DNA of 64,000 nt from the human T2T-CHM13v2.0 reference genome, Homo sapiens, in assembly GCF_009914755.1 (NCBI RefSeq), contig NC_060937.1; one strand, written 5' to 3'. Every line of letters starts with the position of its first letter. Within the stretch, counting starts at the first letter, position 1. The notes under the pieces are model-generated. The model searched no databases. It was not told the origin of the DNA and saw only the letters and a program-made list of their open reading frames with translations. Both the position numbers and the translations under genes were made by a program. This document shows positions 61,501 to 64,000 of the stretch, one piece after another.

Positions 61501-64000
61501 AATCTACATATTATATACAGTATATAAAATATCAAAGTACACAAACTGTATATTATATACTGTACATAATATATCAAAGTACCCAGAATATGTAGCATAC
61601 TGTACATACAATATCAAAGTACCCAGAATGTATATTGTATACTGTACATAAAATATGAAGGTACATCAAAGATATATTATATTCTGTACATAAAATATCA
61701 AACTACACCAAATATATATTATATGCTGTACATAATATATTAAAGTTGCCCATGTATACATTTTATACTGTACATAAAATATGAAGGTACATCAAATATA
61801 TAGTATATGCTGCACATAAAATATCAAAGTACCCAAAGTATGTATTATATACTGTACATAAAATATCAAAGTACCAAAAGTATATATTACCTACTGTAAA
61901 TAAAATATGAAGATACCTCAAATATATATTATATTCTGTACATGAAATATCAAAGTACACCAAGTATATACTATATACTCTACATAAAATATTAAATTAC
62001 CCAAAATATGTATTGTATTGTGTACATAAAATATGAAAGTAACCAAACATTTATAATAAACTGTACATAAAATATCAAAGTACTCAAACTTTATATTATA
62101 TACTGTACATAAAGTATCAAAGTACCCAAACTGTGTAGTATATACTGTACATAAAATATCAAGGTACCCAAAATGTATATTGTAAACTGTAGATAAAATA
62201 TCAAAGTACCCAAAATATATATTATATACTGTACATAAAATATGAAGGCACATCCAATATATATTATATTCTGTACATAAAATATCAAAGTACACCAAAT
62301 GTATATTATATACTGTACATAAAATATAAAACTACCCCAAATATATCTTATATACTCTACATAAAATATCAAAGTACCCAAAATATATATTATATACTGT
62401 ACATAATATATCAAAGTACCCATAGTATGTATTATATCCTGTACATAAAATATGAAAGTACGTCAAATATATATTCTATTCTGCACATAAAATATCATAT
62501 TGCACCAAATATATATTGTATACTGTATATAAAATATGAAGGTACTTCAAATATATATTATATGCTGCACATAAAATATCAAAGTACCCAAAGTATGCAT
62601 TATATACTGTACATAAAATATCAAAGTACCCAAAGTGTATATTATATACTGTACATAAAATATGAAGGTTCATCAAATATATTTTATATTCTGCACATAA
62701 TGTATCAAAGTACAGCAAATATATATTATATACTGTACATAAAATAACAAAGTAACAAAAATATGTATTATATACTGTACATAAAATATGAAAGTAACCA
62801 AATATTTATAATAAACTGTATATAAAATATCAAAGTACTCAAACTACATATTATATACAGTATATAAAATATCAAAGTACCCAAACTATATATTATATAC
62901 TGTACATACTATATCAAAGTACCCGAATATATAGCATACTGTACATAAAATATCAAATTACCCAAAATATATATTGTATACTGTACATAAAATATGAAGG
63001 TACATCAAAGATATATTATATTCTGTACATAAAATATCAAAGTACACCAAATATATATTATATGCTGTACAGAATATATTAAAGTCGACCAAATGTATAT
63101 TATATACTGTACATAAAATATGAAGGTACATCAAATATATATTATATGCTGCACATAAAATATCAAAGTACCCAAAGTATGTGTTATATACTGTACATAA
63201 AATATCAAAGTACCCAAAGTATATATTATATACTGTACATAAAATATAAAATACCCCAAATATATATTATATGCTGTACATAAAATATCAAAGTACACAA
63301 AATATGCATTATGTACTGTACATAAATTATCAAAGGACCCAAAATATATATTATATAGTGTACATAAAATATCAAAATACCCAAAATATATATTATATAC
63401 TGTACATAAAATACCAAAGTACCCAAAGTATATATTATATACTGTATAAAAAATATCAAAGTAGCCAAAATATGTATTATACACTGTACATAATATATGA
63501 AAGTACCCAAACATTTATAATAAACTGTACATAAAATATCAATGTACTCAAACTATATATTATGTGCGGTACTTAAGATATCAAAGTACCCATACTATAT
63601 AGTATGTACTGTACTTAAAATATCAAAATACCCAAAATATATATTATATACGTTACATAAACTATCAAATACACAAAGTATGTATTACATACTGTACATA
63701 AAATAGCAAAGTTCCCAAAATATGTATTATATACTGTACATAAAATATGAAAGTACCCAACCATTTATAATAAACTCTACATAAAATACCAAAGTACCCA
63801 AACTGTGTATTATATACTGTCCATAAAATATCAAAGGACCCAAAATATATATTGTAAACTCTACATAAAATATCAAAGTAGCCAAAATACATATTGTATA
63901 CTGTACATAAAATATAAAAGTACCCCAAATATATATTATATACTGTACATAAAATATCAAAGTACCCATAATACATATTATATACTGTACATAAAATATC
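43559..64000 (+). repeat. 3013-bp (72-monomer) higher-order repeat, about 6.7 units
   Basis: The once-per-unit marker tgtgcg(g/c)tac lies at 42181, 45192, 48204, 51217, 54230, 57243, 60256 and 63563 (spacings 3011, 3012, 3013, 3013, 3013, 3013, 3307). ORF landmarks 43841/46854/49866/52879/55892 agree. Confidence 0.95.
62326..62619 (+). repeat. 294-bp extra block making the last unit 3307 bp
   Basis: Same diagnostic monomers as 912-1205. Marker spacing 60256 to 63563 = 3307 = 3013 + 294. Confidence 0.88.

Larger units (their letters stand above)
1..64000 (+). repeat. HSat1A (classical human satellite I / SAR) 42-bp tandem satellite array, about 1,500 monomers, single orientation
   Basis: The core ctgtacataaaatat(c/g)aa(a/g)gtac recurs every ~42 bp from the first line to the last. 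Two GTAC (RsaI) sites per consensus monomer split it into 17 bp (ACATAAAATATCAAAGT) and 25 bp (ACCCAAAATATATATTATATACTGT), matching the classical satellite I A/B subunits. The consensus has 21 A, 13 T, 6 C and 2 G. I saw no reverse-oriented monomer and no unique sequence. Confidence 0.96.

Noticed and set aside
349-63976. Hundreds of 60-197 aa ORFs with 14-residue repeats (GYFDILCTVYNIYF, GTLIFYVQYIIYIL, YYILYIKYQSTQNI) resembling repeat or solenoid proteins or hydrophobic peptides
   Set aside because: 42 bp is 14 codons and the consensus lacks stops in three frames. The ORFs overlap on both strands, break at every 1-3 bp indel, and have no unique domains or gene context. They are translation artefacts of the satellite.
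1-64000. CRISPR-like appearance (conserved ~23-bp core alternating with a more variable ~19-bp part)
   Set aside because: The variable parts are homologous to each other and recur with the HOR period, so they are not unique spacers. There is no leader and no cas gene.
1-64000. Inversions, transposon insertions (Alu/L1) or unique islands inside the array
   Set aside because: None seen. Every line reads as same-strand monomers, with no GC-rich stretch, poly(A) tail or target-site duplication.
43559-64000. 378-bp (9-mer) periodicity as the building block (72 = 8 x 9)
   Set aside because: It fits arithmetically, and one deletion is 377 bp, but the visible variant monomers are spaced 11/17/6/10/14/14 monomers. 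I cannot support a 9-mer period by eye.
1-64000. TATA boxes, terminators and cruciform or hairpin sites (tatataaaa, tgtaca, agtatatact, short (TA)n runs)
   Set aside because: Expected at ~80% AT. The palindromes and TA runs are only about 6-12 bp and nothing supports a function.

Overview
The whole 64 kb window is one uninterrupted, single-orientation array of a very AT-rich (~80%) 42-bp tandem satellite. Its consensus is ACATAAAATATCAAAGT + ACCCAAAATATATATTATATACTGT, the 17+25 bp RsaI subunits of human/hominid classical satellite I (HSat1A, RepeatMasker 'SAR'). I find no genes, RNA genes, mobile elements or CRISPR arrays. The ORF track is a by-product of a 42-bp (14-codon) period with three stop-free frames. 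The real information is nested higher-order structure. (i) 43.6-64 kb is a regular 3013-bp, 72-monomer higher-order repeat (HOR). (ii) 1-43.56 kb is three near-identical copies of a 13,857-bp 'super-HOR', each built from five rearranged 3-kb units (2889+1714+3305+2352+3597 bp). (iii) The middle copy carries an extra 2352-bp tandem duplication whose crossover maps to a 21-bp window. (iv) Variants are shared in a mosaic pattern between non-adjacent units. One speculative functional point: the + strand carries a perfect Pumilio response element (TGTACATA) in most monomers. The 3013-bp period points, from recollection and unverified here, to an acrocentric short-arm array, most likely chr13.
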